From: a plasmid
Sequence record: NZ_CP106960.1
Direction: 5' to 3' (one strand)
Length of the DNA stretch: 64,000 nt
Part shown: in pieces, positions 19,245 through 32,235 of the stretch
Layout of the letters: the number at the start of each line of letters is the position of its first letter
Numbering within the stretch: the first letter of the stretch is position 1
Notes under the pieces: generated by a model
What the model was told of the DNA's origin: nothing
What the model saw: only the letters and a program-made list of their open reading frames with translations
Databases searched by the model: none
Made by a program: the position numbers and the translations under genes

Positions 19245-20444
19245 TCAGCGATCGGCTCGTTGCCCTGCGCCGCTCCAAAGCCCGCGACGCAGCGCCGGCA
19301 GGCAGAGCAAGTAGAGGGCAGCGCCTGCAATCCATGCCCACCCGTTCCACGTTGTTATAGAAGCCGCATAGATCGCCGTGAAGAGGAGGGGTCCGACGAT
19401 CGAGGTCAGGCTGGTGAGCGCCGCCAGTGAGCCTTGCAGCTGCCCCTGACGTTCCTCATCCACCTGCCTGGACAACATTGCTTGCAGCGCCGGCATTCCG
19501 ATGCCACCCGAAGCAAGCAGGACCATGATCGGGAACGCCATCCATCCCCGTGTCGCGAAGGCAAGCAGGATGTAGCCTGTGCCGTCGGCAATCATTCCGA
19601 GCATGAGTGCCCGCCTTTCGCCGAGCCGGGCGGCTACAGGGCCGGTGATCATTGCCTGGGCGAGTGAATGCAGAATGCCAAATGCGGCAAGCGAAATGCC
19701 GATCGTGGTCGCGTCCCAGTGAAAGCGATCCTCGCCGAAAATGACCCAAAGCGCGGCCGGCACCTGTCCGACAAGTTGCATGATGAAGAAGACCGCCATC
19801 AGGGCGGCGACGACGGTCATGCCCCGGGCCCACCGGAACGAAGCGAGCGGGTTGAGAGCCTCCCGGCGTAACGGCCGGCGTTCGCCTTTGTGCGACTCCG
19901 GCAAAAGGAAACAGCCCGTCAGGAAATTGAGGCCGTTCAAGGCTGCCGCGGCGAAGAACGGAGCGTGGGGGGAGAAACCGCCCATCAGCCCACCGAGCAC
20001 AGGTCCCGCGACCATCCCGAACCCGAAACAGGCGCTCATGAAGCCGAAGTGCCGCGCGCGCTCATCGCCATCAGTGATATCGGCAATATAAGCGCCGGCT
20101 ACCGCCCCAGTCGCCCCGGTGATGCCGGCCACGATCCGCCCGATATAGAGAACCCAAAGGAAAGGCGCCGTCGCCATGATGGCGTAGTCGACAGCAGCGC
20201 CGGCCAGCGAGACGAGCAAGACCGGCCGCCGCCCGAAACGATCCGACAGCGCGCCCAGCACAGGTGCGCAGGCAAATTGCATCAACGCATACAGCGCCAG
20301 CAGAATGCCATAGTGGGCGGTGACGTCGTTCGAGTGAACCAGATCGCGCAGGAGGCCCGGCAGCACCGGCATAATCAGGCCGATGCCGACAGCGTCGAGC
20401 GCGACAGTGCTCAGAATTACGATCAGGGGTCTGTTGGGTTTCAC
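19245..20444 (-). CDS. tetA(A): Tetracycline efflux MFS transporter TetA(A), 399 aa
   Basis: ...KPNRPLIVILSTVALDAVGIGLIMPVLPGLLRDL... The ORF-track upstream extension is rejected. Confidence 0.9.
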   Translation of the reverse strand: MKPNRPLIVILSTVALDAVGIGLIMPVLPGLLRDLVHSNDVTAHYGILLALYALMQFACAPVLGALSDRFGRRPVLLVSLAGAAVDYAIMATAPFLWVLYIGRIVAGITGATGAVAGAYIADITDGDERARHFGFMSACFGFGMVAGPVLGGLMGGFSPHAPFFAAAALNGLNFLTGCFLLPESHKGERRPLRREALNPLASFRWARGMTVVAALMAVFFIMQLVGQVPAALWVIFGEDRFHWDATTIGISLAAFGILHSLAQAMITGPVAARLGERRALMLGMIADGTGYILLAFATRGWMAFPIMVLLASGGIGMPALQAMLSRQVDEERQGQLQGSLAALTSLTSIVGPLLFTAIYAASITTWNGWAWIAGAALYLLCLPALRRGLWSGAGQRADR

Positions 20445-20549
20445 GTCTGGCCTCCGGACCAGCCTCCGCTGGTCCGATTGAACGCGCGGATTCTTTATCA
20501 CTGATAAGTTGGTGGACATATTATGTTTATCAGTGATAAAGTGTCAAGC
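20445..20549. promoter_or_regulatory. Divergent tetA/tetR promoter region with two tet operators (TTTATCACTGATAA / TTTATCAGTGATAAA)
   Basis: Palindromic operators read directly. Confidence 0.7.
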
Positions 20550-21200
20550 ATGACAAAGTTGCAGCCGAATACAGTGATCCGTGCCGCCCTGGACCTGTTG
20601 AACGAGGTCGGCGTAGACGGTCTGACGACACGCAAACTGGCGGAACGGTTGGGGGTTCAGCAGCCGGCGCTTTACTGGCACTTCAGGAACAAGCGGGCGC
20701 TGCTCGACGCACTGGCCGAAGCCATGCTGGCGGAGAATCATACGCATTCGGTGCCGAGAGCCGACGACGACTGGCGCTCATTTCTGATCGGGAATGCCCG
20801 CAGCTTCAGGCAGGCGCTGCTCGCCTACCGCGATGGCGCGCGCATCCATGCCGGCACGCGACCGGGCGCACCGCAGATGGAAACGGCCGACGCGCAGCTT
20901 CGCTTCCTCTGCGAGGCGGGTTTTTCGGCCGGGGACGCCGTCAATGCGCTGATGACAATCAGCTACTTCACTGTTGGGGCCGTGCTTGAGGAGCAGGCCG
21001 GCGACAGCGATGCCGGCGAGCGCGGCGGCACCGTTGAACAGGCTCCGCTCTCGCCGCTGTTGCGGGCCGCGATAGACGCCTTCGACGAAGCCGGTCCGGA
21101 CGCAGCGTTCGAGCAGGGACTCGCGGTGATTGTCGATGGATTGGCGAAAAGGAGGCTCGTTGTCAGGAACGTTGAAGGACCGAGAAAGGGTGACGATTGA
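20550..21200 (+). CDS. tetR(A): Tetracycline repressor TetR(A), 216 aa
   Basis: MTKLQPNTVIRAALDLLNEVGVDGLTTRKLAERLGVQQPALYWHF... Confidence 0.9.
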   Translation: MTKLQPNTVIRAALDLLNEVGVDGLTTRKLAERLGVQQPALYWHFRNKRALLDALAEAMLAENHTHSVPRADDDWRSFLIGNARSFRQALLAYRDGARIHAGTRPGAPQMETADAQLRFLCEAGFSAGDAVNALMTISYFTVGAVLEEQAGDSDAGERGGTVEQAPLSPLLRAAIDAFDEAGPDAAFEQGLAVIVDGLAKRRLVVRNVEGPRKGDD

Positions 21201-21559
21201 TCAGGACCGCTGCCGGAGCGCAACCCACTCACTACAGCAGAGCCATGTAGACAACATCCCCTCCCCCTTTCCACCGCGTCAGACGCCCGTAGCAGCCCGC
21301 TACGGGCTTTTTCATGCCCTGCCCTAGCGTCCAAGCCTCACGGCCGCGCTCGGCCTCTCTGGCGGCCTTCTGGCGCTCCTGCTGCGGCGTCCGCTCGTGG
21401 GCCGTGGCGCGGGTCCGCGCGCCGGCCTCGTGCGCCTGGCGCTCGCGGGCGAGGTCCAGGGCGGCCGTCTTCACGTTCTGCCTTGCGCAGATGAGATAGA
21501 TCTAGCGTGGACTCAAGGCTCTCGCGAATGGCTCGCGTTGGAAACTTTCATTGACACTT

Positions 21560-22240
21560 GAGGGGCACCGCAGGGAAATTCTCGTCCTTGCGAGAACCGG
21601 CTATGTCGTGCTGCGCATCGAGCCTGCGCCCTTGGCTTGTCTCGCCCCTCTCCGCGTCGCTACGGGGCTTCCAGCGCCTTTCCGACGCTCACCGGGCTGG
21701 TTGCCCTCGCCGCTGGGCTGGCGGCCGTCTATGGCCCTGCAAACGCGCCAGAAACGCCGTCGAAGCCGTGTGCGAGACACCGCGGCCGCCGGCGTTGTGG
21801 ATACCTCGCGGAAAACTTGGCCCTCACTGACAGATGAGGGGCGGACGTTGACACTTGAGGGGCCGACTCACCCGGCGCGGCGTTGACAGATGAGGGGCAG
21901 GCTCGATTTCGGCCGGCGACGTGGAGCTGGCCAGCCTCGCAAATCGGCGAAAACGCCTGATTTTACGCGAGTTTCCCACAGATGATGTGGACAAGCCTGG
22001 GGATAAGTGCCCTGCGGTATTGACACTTGAGGGGCGCGACTACTGACAGATGAGGGGCGCGATCCTTGACACTTGAGGGGCAGAGTGCTGACAGATGAGG
22101 GGCGCACCTATTGACATTTGAGGGGCTGTCCACAGGCAGAAAATCCAGCATTTGCAAGGGTTTCCGCCCGTTTTTCGGCCACCGCTAACCTGTCTTTTAA
22201 CCTGCTTTTAAACCAATATTTATAAACCTTGTTTTTAACC
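21560..22240. other. oriV: IncP-1alpha (RK2/RP4-type) oriV: 8 x 17-bp iterons TGACA(C/G)(T/A)TGAGGGGC arranged 1+2+5, followed by an AT-rich then a GC-rich segment
   Basis: Iterons at about 21568, 21846, 21883, 22020, 22042, 22065, 22087 and 22110. AT-rich 22150-22240. The arrangement matches RK2 oriV. Confidence 0.75.
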
Positions 22241-22476
22241 AGGGCTGCGCCCTGTGCGCGTGACCGCGCACGCCGAAGGGGGGTGCCCCCCCTTCTCGAA
22301 CCCTCCCGGCCCGCTAACGCGGGCCTCCCATCCCCCCAGGGGCTGCGCCCCTCGGCCGCGAACGGCCTCACCCCAAAAATGGCAGCGCCTACGGCGCTGA
22401 CTCTTTCGTTGACCAGGCGCAAGCGCCTGGAAATGCTCAATTAGGGGGCACCTCAGAAAACGGAAAATAAAGCACG

Positions 22477-22911
22477 CTAAGGCATAGCTGACCTTGCCAG
22501 GCCTGCTTCGCCCTGTAGTGACGCGATCAACGGGCAGGAAACATTCCCCTTTCGTGCATGGCAGGCGCACACGAGTTCAGACAGCACGGTTTCCATGCGC
22601 GCCAAGTCGGCCATCTTCTCGCGCACGTCCTTGAGCTTGTGTTCGGCCAGGCTGCTGGCCTCCTCGCAGTGGGTGCCATCGTCGAGCCGCAACAGCTCGG
22701 CAATCTCGTCCAGACTGAACCCCAGCCGCTGTGCCGATTTCACGAATTTCACCCGAACCACGTCCGCCTCCCCATAGCGGCGGATGCTGCCGTAAGGCTT
22801 GTCCGGTTCCCGCAACAGGCCCTTGCGCTGATAGAAGCGGATTGTCTCCACGTTGACCCCGGCCGCCTTGGCAAAAACGCCAATGGTCAGGTTTTCCAAA
22901 TTATTTTCCAT
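22477..22911 (-). CDS. merR: Mercury resistance regulator MerR, 144 aa
   Basis: [33 protein letters not shown]... Confidence 0.9.
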
Positions 22912-22982
22912 ATCGCTTGACTCCGTACATGAGTACGGAAGTAAGGTTACGCTATCCAATCCAAATTCAAAAGGGCCAACGT

Positions 22983-23333
22983 ATGTCTGAACCACAAAAC
23001 GGGCGCGGTGCGCTCTTCGCCGGCGGGCTGGCCGCCATTCTTGCATCGACCTGCTGCCTGGGGCCGCTAGTACTGGTCGCCCTGGGCTTCTCCGGTGCTT
23101 GGATCGGCAACCTGACGGTGCTGGAACCCTATCGACCGTTGTTCATCGGCGCGGCGCTAGTGGCGCTGTTCTTCGCCTGGAAGCGGATTTACCGGCCCGT
23201 GCAGGCATGCAAGCCAGGTGAGGTCTGCGCGATTCCGCAGGTGCGCGCCACCTACAAGCTGATTTTCTGGATCGTGGCCGTGCTGGTCCTGGTCGCGCTT
23301 GGATTTCCCTATGTCGTTCCATTTTTCTATTAA
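22983..23333 (+). CDS. merT: Mercuric transport protein MerT, 116 aa
   Basis: [40 protein letters not shown]... Confidence 0.9.
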
Positions 23334-23346
23334 CCAGGAGTTCATC

Positions 23347-23622
23347 ATGAAGAAACTGTTTGCCTCCCTTGCCCTCGCCGCCGCTGTTGCCCCGGTGTGG
23401 GCCGCTACCCAGACCGTCACGCTAGCGGTTCCCGGCATGACTTGCGCCGCCTGCCCGATCACAGTCAAGAAAGCGCTCTCCAAGGTCGAAGGCGTGAGCA
23501 AGGTCGATGTGGGCTTCGAGAAGCGCGAGGCCGTCGTCACTTTTGACGACACCAAGGCCAGCGTACAGAAGCTGACCAAGGCCACCGCAGACGCCGGCTA
23601 TCCGTCCAGCGTCAAGCAGTGA
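23347..23622 (+). CDS. merP: Periplasmic mercury-binding protein MerP
   Basis: Signal peptide plus the GMTCAACP metal-binding motif. Confidence 0.9.
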   Translation: MKKLFASLALAAAVAPVWAATQTVTLAVPGMTCAACPITVKKALSKVEGVSKVDVGFEKREAVVTFDDTKASVQKLTKATADAGYPSSVKQ

Positions 23623-23657
23623 GCCAGCAAGCCAACGACAACAGCGAGAGCCGCTTC

Positions 23658-24080
23658 ATGGGACTGATGACACGCATTGCCGATAAAACCGGCGCGCTCG
23701 GCAGCGTCGTTTCCGCGATGGGCTGCGCCGCCTGCTTTCCAGCCCTCGCCAGCTTCGGCGCGGCCATCGGGCTGGGCTTCTTGAGCCAGTACGAGGGACT
23801 GTTCATCAGCCGCCTGCTGCCGCTGTTTGCCGCGCTGGCCTTCCTGGCGAACGCGCTGGGTTGGTTCAGTCATCGGCAATGGCTGCGCAGTCTGCTCGGC
23901 ATGATCGGCCCGGCCATCGTGTTTGCGGCCACGGTCTGGCTGCTCGGCAACTGGTGGACGGCGAACCTGATGTACGTCGGCCTGGCCTTGATGATTGGGG
24001 TGTCGATCTGGGACTTCGTGTCGCCGGCGCATCGCCGTTGCGGACCGGACGGCTGCGAACTCCCCGCCAAGCGCTTGTGA
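23658..24080 (+). CDS. merC: Mercury transporter MerC, 140 aa
   Basis: MGLMTRIADKTGALGSVVSAMGCAACFPALA... Confidence 0.85.
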   Translation: MGLMTRIADKTGALGSVVSAMGCAACFPALASFGAAIGLGFLSQYEGLFISRLLPLFAALAFLANALGWFSHRQWLRSLLGMIGPAIVFAATVWLLGNWWTANLMYVGLALMIGVSIWDFVSPAHRRCGPDGCELPAKRL

Positions 24081-25826
<1,746 letters not shown>

Positions 25827-25843
25827 GGACAAGGAGGTGTGCG

Positions 25844-26206
25844 ATGAGCGCCTACACGGTATCGCAACTGGCCCATAACGCTGGGGTGAGCGTACATATC
25901 GTGCGCGACTACCTGGTGCGCGGCTTGTTACGGCCGGTGGCCTGCACCACGGGCGGCTACGGCGTGTTCGACGATGCGGCCTTGCAACGGCTGTGCTTCG
26001 TGCGCGCGGCCTTCGAGGCGGGTATCGGCCTGGATGCCCTGGCGCGGCTGTGCCGTGCGCTCGACGCAGCGGACGGCGCACAAGCCGCAGCGCAGCTTGC
26101 CGTGCTGCGCCAGTTGGTCGAGCGGCGGCGCGCGGCGTTGGCCCATCTGGACGCGCAACTGGCCTCCATGCCAGCCGAGCGGGCGCACGAGGAGGCATTG
26201 CCGTGA
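25844..26206 (+). CDS. merD: MerD co-regulator
   Basis: [29 protein letters not shown]... Confidence 0.85.
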   Translation: MSAYTVSQLAHNAGVSVHIVRDYLVRGLLRPVACTTGGYGVFDDAALQRLCFVRAAFEAGIGLDALARLCRALDAADGAQAAAQLAVLRQLVERRRAALAHLDAQLASMPAERAHEEALP

Positions 26207-26439
26207 ACGCCCCTGACAAACTGCCGCCCGAGACGCGCCAACCCGTTTCCGGCTACCTGTGGGGTGCGCTGGCCGTGTTGACCTGCCCCTGCCATCTGCC
26301 GATTCTCGCCGCCGTGCTGGCCGGGACGACCGCCGGTGCCTTCCTTGGCGAGCATTGGGGTGTTGCCGCGCTCGCGCTGACCGGCTTGTTCGTTCTGGCC
26401 GTAACGCGGCTGCTGCGCGCCTTCCGGGGCGGATCATGA
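26203..26439 (+). CDS. merE: MerE (GTG start), 78 aa
   Basis: (V)[32 protein letters not shown]... Confidence 0.8.
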   Translation: MNAPDKLPPETRQPVSGYLWGALAVLTCPCHLPILAAVLAGTTAGAFLGEHWGVAALALTGLFVLAVTRLLRAFRGGS

Positions 26440-27075
26440 CGAGTTCGCAGCCCGCCGGATGGACGGCGGCCGAGTTGGCGCAGGCGGCGGCGCGCGGACA
26501 GCTTGACCTGCATTACCAGCCGCTGGTCGATCTGCGCGATCACCGGATCGCTGGCGCGGAAGCGTTGATGCGCTGGCGGCATCCGAGGCTTGGCCTGTTG
26601 CCGCCCGGCCAGTTCCTGCCGCTGGCCGAGTCGTTCGGCCTGATGCCGGAAATAGGCGCGTGGGTGCTGGGCGAGGCCTGTCGCCAGATGCACAAGTGGC
26701 AAGGACCGGCATGGCAACCGTTCCGTCTTGCCATCAATGTGTCCGCCAGCCAGGTTGGGCCAACGTTCGACGACGAGGTAAAGCGGGTGCTGGCCGATAT
26801 GGCCCTGCCCGCCGAGCTTCTGGAGATCGAACTGACCGAATCGGTCGCATTCGGCAATCCAGCCCTGTTCGCCAGTTTCGACGCCTTGCGCGCCATCGGC
26901 GTGCGCTTCGCCGCCGACGACTTCGGCACCGGCTATTCCTGCCTGCAACATCTGAAATGCTGCCCCATCACCACATTGAAAATCGACCAATCCTTTGTCG
27001 CCAGGCTCCCGGATGATGCCCGTGACCAAACTATCGTGCGGGCGGTGATCCAGCTCGCGCACGGGCTGGGCATGG
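26436..27075 (+). pseudogene. urf2: urf2 5' portion (EAL-domain protein) interrupted by integron IRt
   Basis: MTSSQPAGW... EAL motifs. The frame is broken at IRt, as in Tn21. Confidence 0.75.
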
Positions 27076-27217
27076 ATGTCATTTTCAGAAGACGACTGCA
27101 CCAGTTGATTGGGCGTAATGGCTGTTGTGCAGCCAGCTCCTGACAGTTCAATATCAGAAGTGATCTGCACCAATCTCGACTATGCTCAATACTCGTGTGC
27201 ACCAAAGCGAGGTGAGC

Positions 27218-28469
27218 ATGGCGACGGACACCCCACGGATTCCAGAACAAGGCGTGGCCACTCTGCCTGATGAGGCTTGGGAGCGTGCGCGCCGTCGTGC
27301 GGAGATCATCAGTCCGTTGGCGCAGTCGGAGACGGTCGGGCACGAAGCGGCCGATATGGCGGCTCAGGCGCTGGGCTTGTCTCGGCGCCAGGTATACGTT
27401 CTGATCCGGCGTGCCCGGCAAGGCAGCGGCCTCGTGACGGATCTGGTGCCCGGCCAGTCCGGTGGAGGTAAAGGTAAGGGGCGCTTGCCGGAACCGGTCG
27501 AGCGCGTCATCCACGAGCTACTGCAAAAGCGGTTCCTGACCAAGCAGAAGCGCAGCCTAGCGGCCTTTCACCGCGAAGTCACTCAGGTGTGCAAGGCTCA
27601 AAAACTGCGAGTGCCGGCGCGCAATACCGTGGCCTTACGGATCGCTAGCCTTGACCCGCGCAAGGTCATCCGCCGGCGGGAAGGCCAGGATGCCGCTCGT
27701 GACCTACAAGGTGTGGGCGGCGAGCCTCCTGCCGTGACCGCGCCGCTGGAGCAGGTGCAGATAGACCATACGGTCATCGACCTGATCGTGGTCGATGACC
27801 GCGACCGGCAACCTATTGGCCGCCCGTACCTGACCCTCGCCATCGACGTGTTCACCCGCTGCGTGCTCGGCATGGTCGTCACGCTGGAAGCGCCGTCTGC
27901 CGTTTCGGTTGGCCTGTGCCTCGTGCATGTCGCCTGCGACAAGCGCCCTTGGCTGGAAGGACTGAACGTGGAAATGGATTGGCAGATGAGCGGCAAGCCC
28001 TTGCTGCTCTACCTAGACAACGCGGCCGAGTTCAAGAGCGAGGCCCTGCGCCGGGGTTGCGAGCAGCATGGCATCCGGCTGGACTATCGCCCGCTGGGAC
28101 AGCCGCACTATGGCGGCATCGTGGAACGGATCATCGGCACGGCGATGCAGATGATTCACGACGAACTGCCGGGAACGACCTTCTCCAACCCTGACCAGCG
28201 CGGCGACTACGATTCCGAAAACAAGGCCGCCCTGACGCTGCGCGAGCTAGAGCGCTGGCTCACATTGGCGGTCGGCACCTACCACGGTTCGGTGCACAAC
28301 GGCCTGCTCCAACCGCCGGCCGCGCGCTGGGCCGAGGCCGTGGCGCGTGTCGGCGTACCGGCCGTCGTCACACGCGCTACTTCGTTCCTGGTCGATTTTC
28401 TGCCGATCCTCCGGCGCACGCTGACCCGCACCGGCTTTGTCATCGACCACATCCACTACTACGCCGATG
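27218..28469 (+). pseudogene. tniA: tniA (TnsB-like transposase) 5' part, interrupted by IS26
   Basis: MATDTPRIPEQG... The frame continues at 33783 after the IS26-bounded insert. Confidence 0.85.
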
Positions 28470-29288
28470 GGCACTGTTGCAAATAGTCGGTGGTGATAAA
28501 CTTATCATCCCCTTTTGCTGATGGAGCTGCACATGAACCCATTCAAAGGCCGGCATTTTCAGCGTGACATCATTCTGTGGGCCGTACGCTGGTACTGCAA
28601 ATACGGCATCAGTTACCGTGAGCTGCAGGAGATGCTGGCTGAACGCGGAGTGAATGTCGATCACTCCACGATTTACCGCTGGGTTCAGCGTTATGCGCCT
28701 GAAATGGAAAAACGGCTGCGCTGGTACTGGCGTAACCCTTCCGATCTTTGCCCGTGGCACATGGATGAAACCTACGTGAAGGTCAATGGCCGCTGGGCGT
28801 ATCTGTACCGGGCCGTCGACAGCCGGGGCCGCACTGTCGATTTTTATCTCTCCTCCCGTCGTAACAGCAAAGCTGCATACCGGTTTCTGGGTAAAATCCT
28901 CAACAACGTGAAGAAGTGGCAGATCCCGCGATTCATCAACACGGATAAAGCGCCCGCCTATGGTCGCGCGCTTGCTCTGCTCAAACGCGAAGGCCGGTGC
29001 CCGTCTGACGTTGAACACCGACAGATTAAGTACCGGAACAACGTGATTGAATGCGATCATGGCAAACTGAAACGGATAATCGGCGCCACGCTGGGATTTA
29101 AATCCATGAAGACGGCTTACGCCACCATCAAAGGTATTGAGGTGATGCGTGCACTACGCAAAGGCCAGGCCTCAGCATTTTATTATGGTGATCCCCTGGG
29201 CGAAATGCGCCTGGTAAGCAGAGTTTTTGAAATGTAAGGCCTTTGAATAAGACAAAAGGCTGCCTCATCGCTAACTTTGCAACAGTGC
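28470..29288 (+). mobile_element. IS26 copy 1
   Basis: GGCACTGTTGCAAA terminal repeats. tnp26 at 28533..29237 (MNPFKGRHFQRDIILWAVRWYCKYG...). Confidence 0.95.
28533..29237 (+). CDS. tnp26: IS26 transposase Tnp26, 234 aa
   Basis: The exact hallmark sequence. Confidence 0.95.
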   Translation: MNPFKGRHFQRDIILWAVRWYCKYGISYRELQEMLAERGVNVDHSTIYRWVQRYAPEMEKRLRWYWRNPSDLCPWHMDETYVKVNGRWAYLYRAVDSRGRTVDFYLSSRRNSKAAYRFLGKILNNVKKWQIPRFINTDKAPAYGRALALLKREGRCPSDVEHRQIKYRNNVIECDHGKLKRIIGATLGFKSMKTAYATIKGIEVMRALRKGQASAFYYGDPLGEMRLVSRVFEM

Positions 29289-29426
29289 CAATTTATGAGT
29301 AAAGGATTATGTCCACGATAAGCACCTGGGTCGATTCCTGGGAGGCGGCCATGAGGGTAGGGAAGCGCCGTCCCGTCAAGTCAGCGTAATGCTCTGCCAG
29401 TGTTACAACCAATTAACCAATTCTGA

Positions 29427-30242
29427 TTAGAAAAACTCATCGAGCATCAAATGAAACTGCAATTTATTCATATCAGGATTATCAATACCATATTTTTGAA
29501 AAAGCCGTTTCTGTAATGAAGGAGAAAACTCACCGAGGCAGTTCCATAGGATGGCAAGATCCTGGTATCGGTCTGCGATTCCGACTCGTCCAACATCAAT
29601 ACAACCTATTAATTTCCCCTCGTCAAAAATAAGGTTATCAAGTGAGAAATCACCATGAGTGACGACTGAATCCGGTGAGAATGGCAAAAGCTTATGCATT
29701 TCTTTCCAGACTTGTTCAACAGGCCAGCCATTACGCTCGTCATCAAAATCACTCGCATCAACCAAACCGTTATTCATTCGTGATTGCGCCTGAGCGAGAC
29801 GAAATACGCGATCGCTGTTAAAAGGACAATTACAAACAGGAATCGAATGCAACCGGCGCAGGAACACTGCCAGCGCATCAACAATATTTTCACCTGAATC
29901 AGGATATTCTTCTAATACCTGGAATGCTGTTTTCCCGGGGATCGCAGTGGTGAGTAACCATGCATCATCAGGAGTACGGATAAAATGCTTGATGGTCGGA
30001 AGAGGCATAAATTCCGTCAGCCAGTTTAGTCTGACCATCTCATCTGTAACATCATTGGCAACGCTACCTTTGCCATGTTTCAGAAACAACTCTGGCGCAT
30101 CGGGCTTCCCATACAATCGATAGATTGTCGCACCTGATTGCCCGACATTATCGCGAGCCCATTTATACCCATATAAATCAGCATCCATGTTGGAATTTAA
30201 TCGCGGCCTCGAGCAAGACGTTTCCCGTTGAATATGGCTCAT
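29427..30242 (-). CDS. aph(3')-Ia: Aminoglycoside 3'-phosphotransferase APH(3')-Ia (kanamycin/neomycin resistance), 271 aa
   Basis: MSHIQRETSCSRPRLNSNMDADLYGYKWARDNVGQSGATIYRLYGKPDAPELFLKHGKG... Confidence 0.95.
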   Translation of the reverse strand: MSHIQRETSCSRPRLNSNMDADLYGYKWARDNVGQSGATIYRLYGKPDAPELFLKHGKGSVANDVTDEMVRLNWLTEFMPLPTIKHFIRTPDDAWLLTTAIPGKTAFQVLEEYPDSGENIVDALAVFLRRLHSIPVCNCPFNSDRVFRLAQAQSRMNNGLVDASDFDDERNGWPVEQVWKEMHKLLPFSPDSVVTHGDFSLDNLIFDEGKLIGCIDVGRVGIADRYQDLAILWNCLGEFSPSLQKRLFQKYGIDNPDMNKLQFHLMLDEFF

Positions 30243-30491
30243 AACACCCCTTGTATTACTGTTTATGTAAGCAGACAGTTTTATTGTTCATGATGATATA
30301 TTTTTCCTAGATTCTACGTCAGTACTTCAAAAAGCATAATCAAAGCCTTGATAAATATGCATTCCTTCGAAATTCAGCTTTCACCCATTGGGTGAAAGAA
30401 AAGTGCTCAAAAATATGTTAAATTATCAGCTTTTATGACTCGATATATGGTAAAATAATAGTAAGAAAAGTAGTAAAAAGGGGTTCTAATT

Positions 30492-31754
30492 ATGATTAAT
30501 AAAATTGATTTCAAAGCTAAGAATCTAACATCAAATGCAGGTCTTTTTCTGCTCCTTGAGAATGCAAAAAGCAATGGGATTTTTGATTTTATTGAAAATG
30601 ACCTCGTATTTGATAATGACTCAACAAATAAAATCAAGATGAATCATATAAAGACCATGCTCTGCGGTCACTTCATTGGCATTGATAAGTTAGAACGTCT
30701 AAAGCTACTTCAAAATGATCCCCTCGTCAACGAGTTTGATATTTCCGTAAAAGAACCTGAAACAGTGTCACGGTTTCTAGGAAACTTCAACTTCAAGACA
30801 ACCCAAATGTTTAGAGACATTAATTTTAAAGTCTTTAAAAAACTGCTCACTAAAAGTAAATTGACATCCATTACGATTGATATTGATAGTAGTGTAATTA
30901 ACGTAGAAGGTCATCAAGAAGGTGCGTCAAAAGGATATAATCCTAAGAAACTGGGAAACCGATGCTACAATATCCAATTTGCATTTTGCGACGAATTAAA
31001 AGCATATGTTACCGGATTTGTAAGAAGTGGCAATACTTACACTGCAAACGGTGCTGCGGAAATGATCAAAGAAATTGTTGCTAACATCAAATCAGACGAT
31101 TTAGAAATTTTATTTCGAATGGATAGTGGCTACTTTGATGAAAAAATTATCGAAACGATAGAATCTCTTGGATGCAAATATTTAATTAAAGCCAAAAGTT
31201 ATTCTACACTCACCTCACAAGCAACGAATTCATCAATTGTATTCGTTAAAGGAGAAGAAGGTAGAGAAACTACAGAACTGTATACAAAATTAGTTAAATG
31301 GGAAAAAGACAGAAGATTTGTCGTATCTCGCGTACTGAAACCAGAAAAAGAAAGAGCACAATTATCACTTTTAGAAGGTTCCGAATACGACTACTTTTTC
31401 TTTGTAACAAATACTACCTTGCTTTCTGAAAAAGTAGTTATATACTATGAAAAGCGTGGTAATGCTGAAAACTATATCAAAGAAGCCAAATACGACATGG
31501 CGGTGGGTCATCTCTTGCTAAAGTCATTTTGGGCGAATGAAGCCGTGTTTCAAATGATGATGCTTTCATATAACCTATTTTTGTTGTTCAAGTTTGATTC
31601 CTTGGACTCTTCAGAATACAGACAGCAAATAAAGACCTTTCGTTTGAAGTATGTATTTCTTGCAGCAAAAATAATCAAAACCGCAAGATATGTAATCATG
31701 AAGTTGTCGGAAAACTATCCGTACAAGGGAGTGTATGAAAAATGTCTGGTATAA
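30492..31754 (+). CDS. ISKra4-family (ISKpn19-like) transposase, 420 aa, AT-rich
   Basis: 420-aa AT-rich ORF adjacent to qnrS1, the usual ISKpn19-qnrS1 context. The IS boundaries were not determined. Confidence 0.6.
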   Translation: MINKIDFKAKNLTSNAGLFLLLENAKSNGIFDFIENDLVFDNDSTNKIKMNHIKTMLCGHFIGIDKLERLKLLQNDPLVNEFDISVKEPETVSRFLGNFNFKTTQMFRDINFKVFKKLLTKSKLTSITIDIDSSVINVEGHQEGASKGYNPKKLGNRCYNIQFAFCDELKAYVTGFVRSGNTYTANGAAEMIKEIVANIKSDDLEILFRMDSGYFDEKIIETIESLGCKYLIKAKSYSTLTSQATNSSIVFVKGEEGRETTELYTKLVKWEKDRRFVVSRVLKPEKERAQLSLLEGSEYDYFFFVTNTTLLSEKVVIYYEKRGNAENYIKEAKYDMAVGHLLLKSFWANEAVFQMMMLSYNLFLLFKFDSLDSSEYRQQIKTFRLKYVFLAAKIIKTARYVIMKLSENYPYKGVYEKCLV

Positions 31755-31920
31755 TAAGAATATCATCAATAAAATTGAGTGTTGCTCTGTGGATAACTTG
31801 CAGAGTTTATTAAGTATCATTGCAGCAAAGATGAAATCAATGATTTATCAAAAATGATTGAAAGGTGGTTGTAAATAATGTTACAATGTGTGAGAAGCAG
31901 TCTAAATTCTTCGTGAAATA

Positions 31921-32235
31921 GTGATTTTTGAAGCTAATAAAAAACACACGTGGAATTTAGGTATTTGTATTGAGGATGTCAGTAAACGGGATGACATGGC
32001 TGAAGTTGAGATTATAAATAAGACATGGCTTCATGATTCGGGAGTGGTTATTCGTTGTTCTCGCGAAAATGAATTGGTTAGATATTCATCAAATTCCTGT
32101 CCAGAATGCAGCATTAGATGGCATGTCGTTGATGCGGTAGGTCAGGATATTCGTCCACTGGAGAAAACGTTTCACAATGCTTGCCAGGAGTCGTACTGGT
32201 TAAAAGTAAATCGTCAAACGCATCTCCCGGTGTAA
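31921..32235 (+). CDS. Hypothetical 104-aa ORF between the transposase and qnrS1 (probably part of the IS)
   Basis: ORF only. Confidence 0.3.
   Translation: MIFEANKKHTWNLGICIEDVSKRDDMAEVEIINKTWLHDSGVVIRCSRENELVRYSSNSCPECSIRWHVVDAVGQDIRPLEKTFHNACQESYWLKVNRQTHLPV

Noticed and set aside
19245-20519. 424-aa extended tetA ORF and nested ORFs within tetA/tetR (19406..20504)
   Set aside because: TetA(A) starts at the internal GTG/Met (KPNRPLIV). The nested frames are GC artefacts.
21846-22124. Regularly spaced 15-17-bp repeats that might be mistaken for a CRISPR array
   Set aside because: They are the RK2-type oriV iterons (TGACA[CG][TA]TGAGGGGC). Their spacers are only 5-20 bp and not unique, and no cas genes are present.
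28440-29060. 206-aa and 201-aa antisense ORFs inside both IS26 copies (also 32948..33553)
   Set aside because: These are the well-known spurious reverse frames of IS26. The real gene is tnp26 on the other strand.
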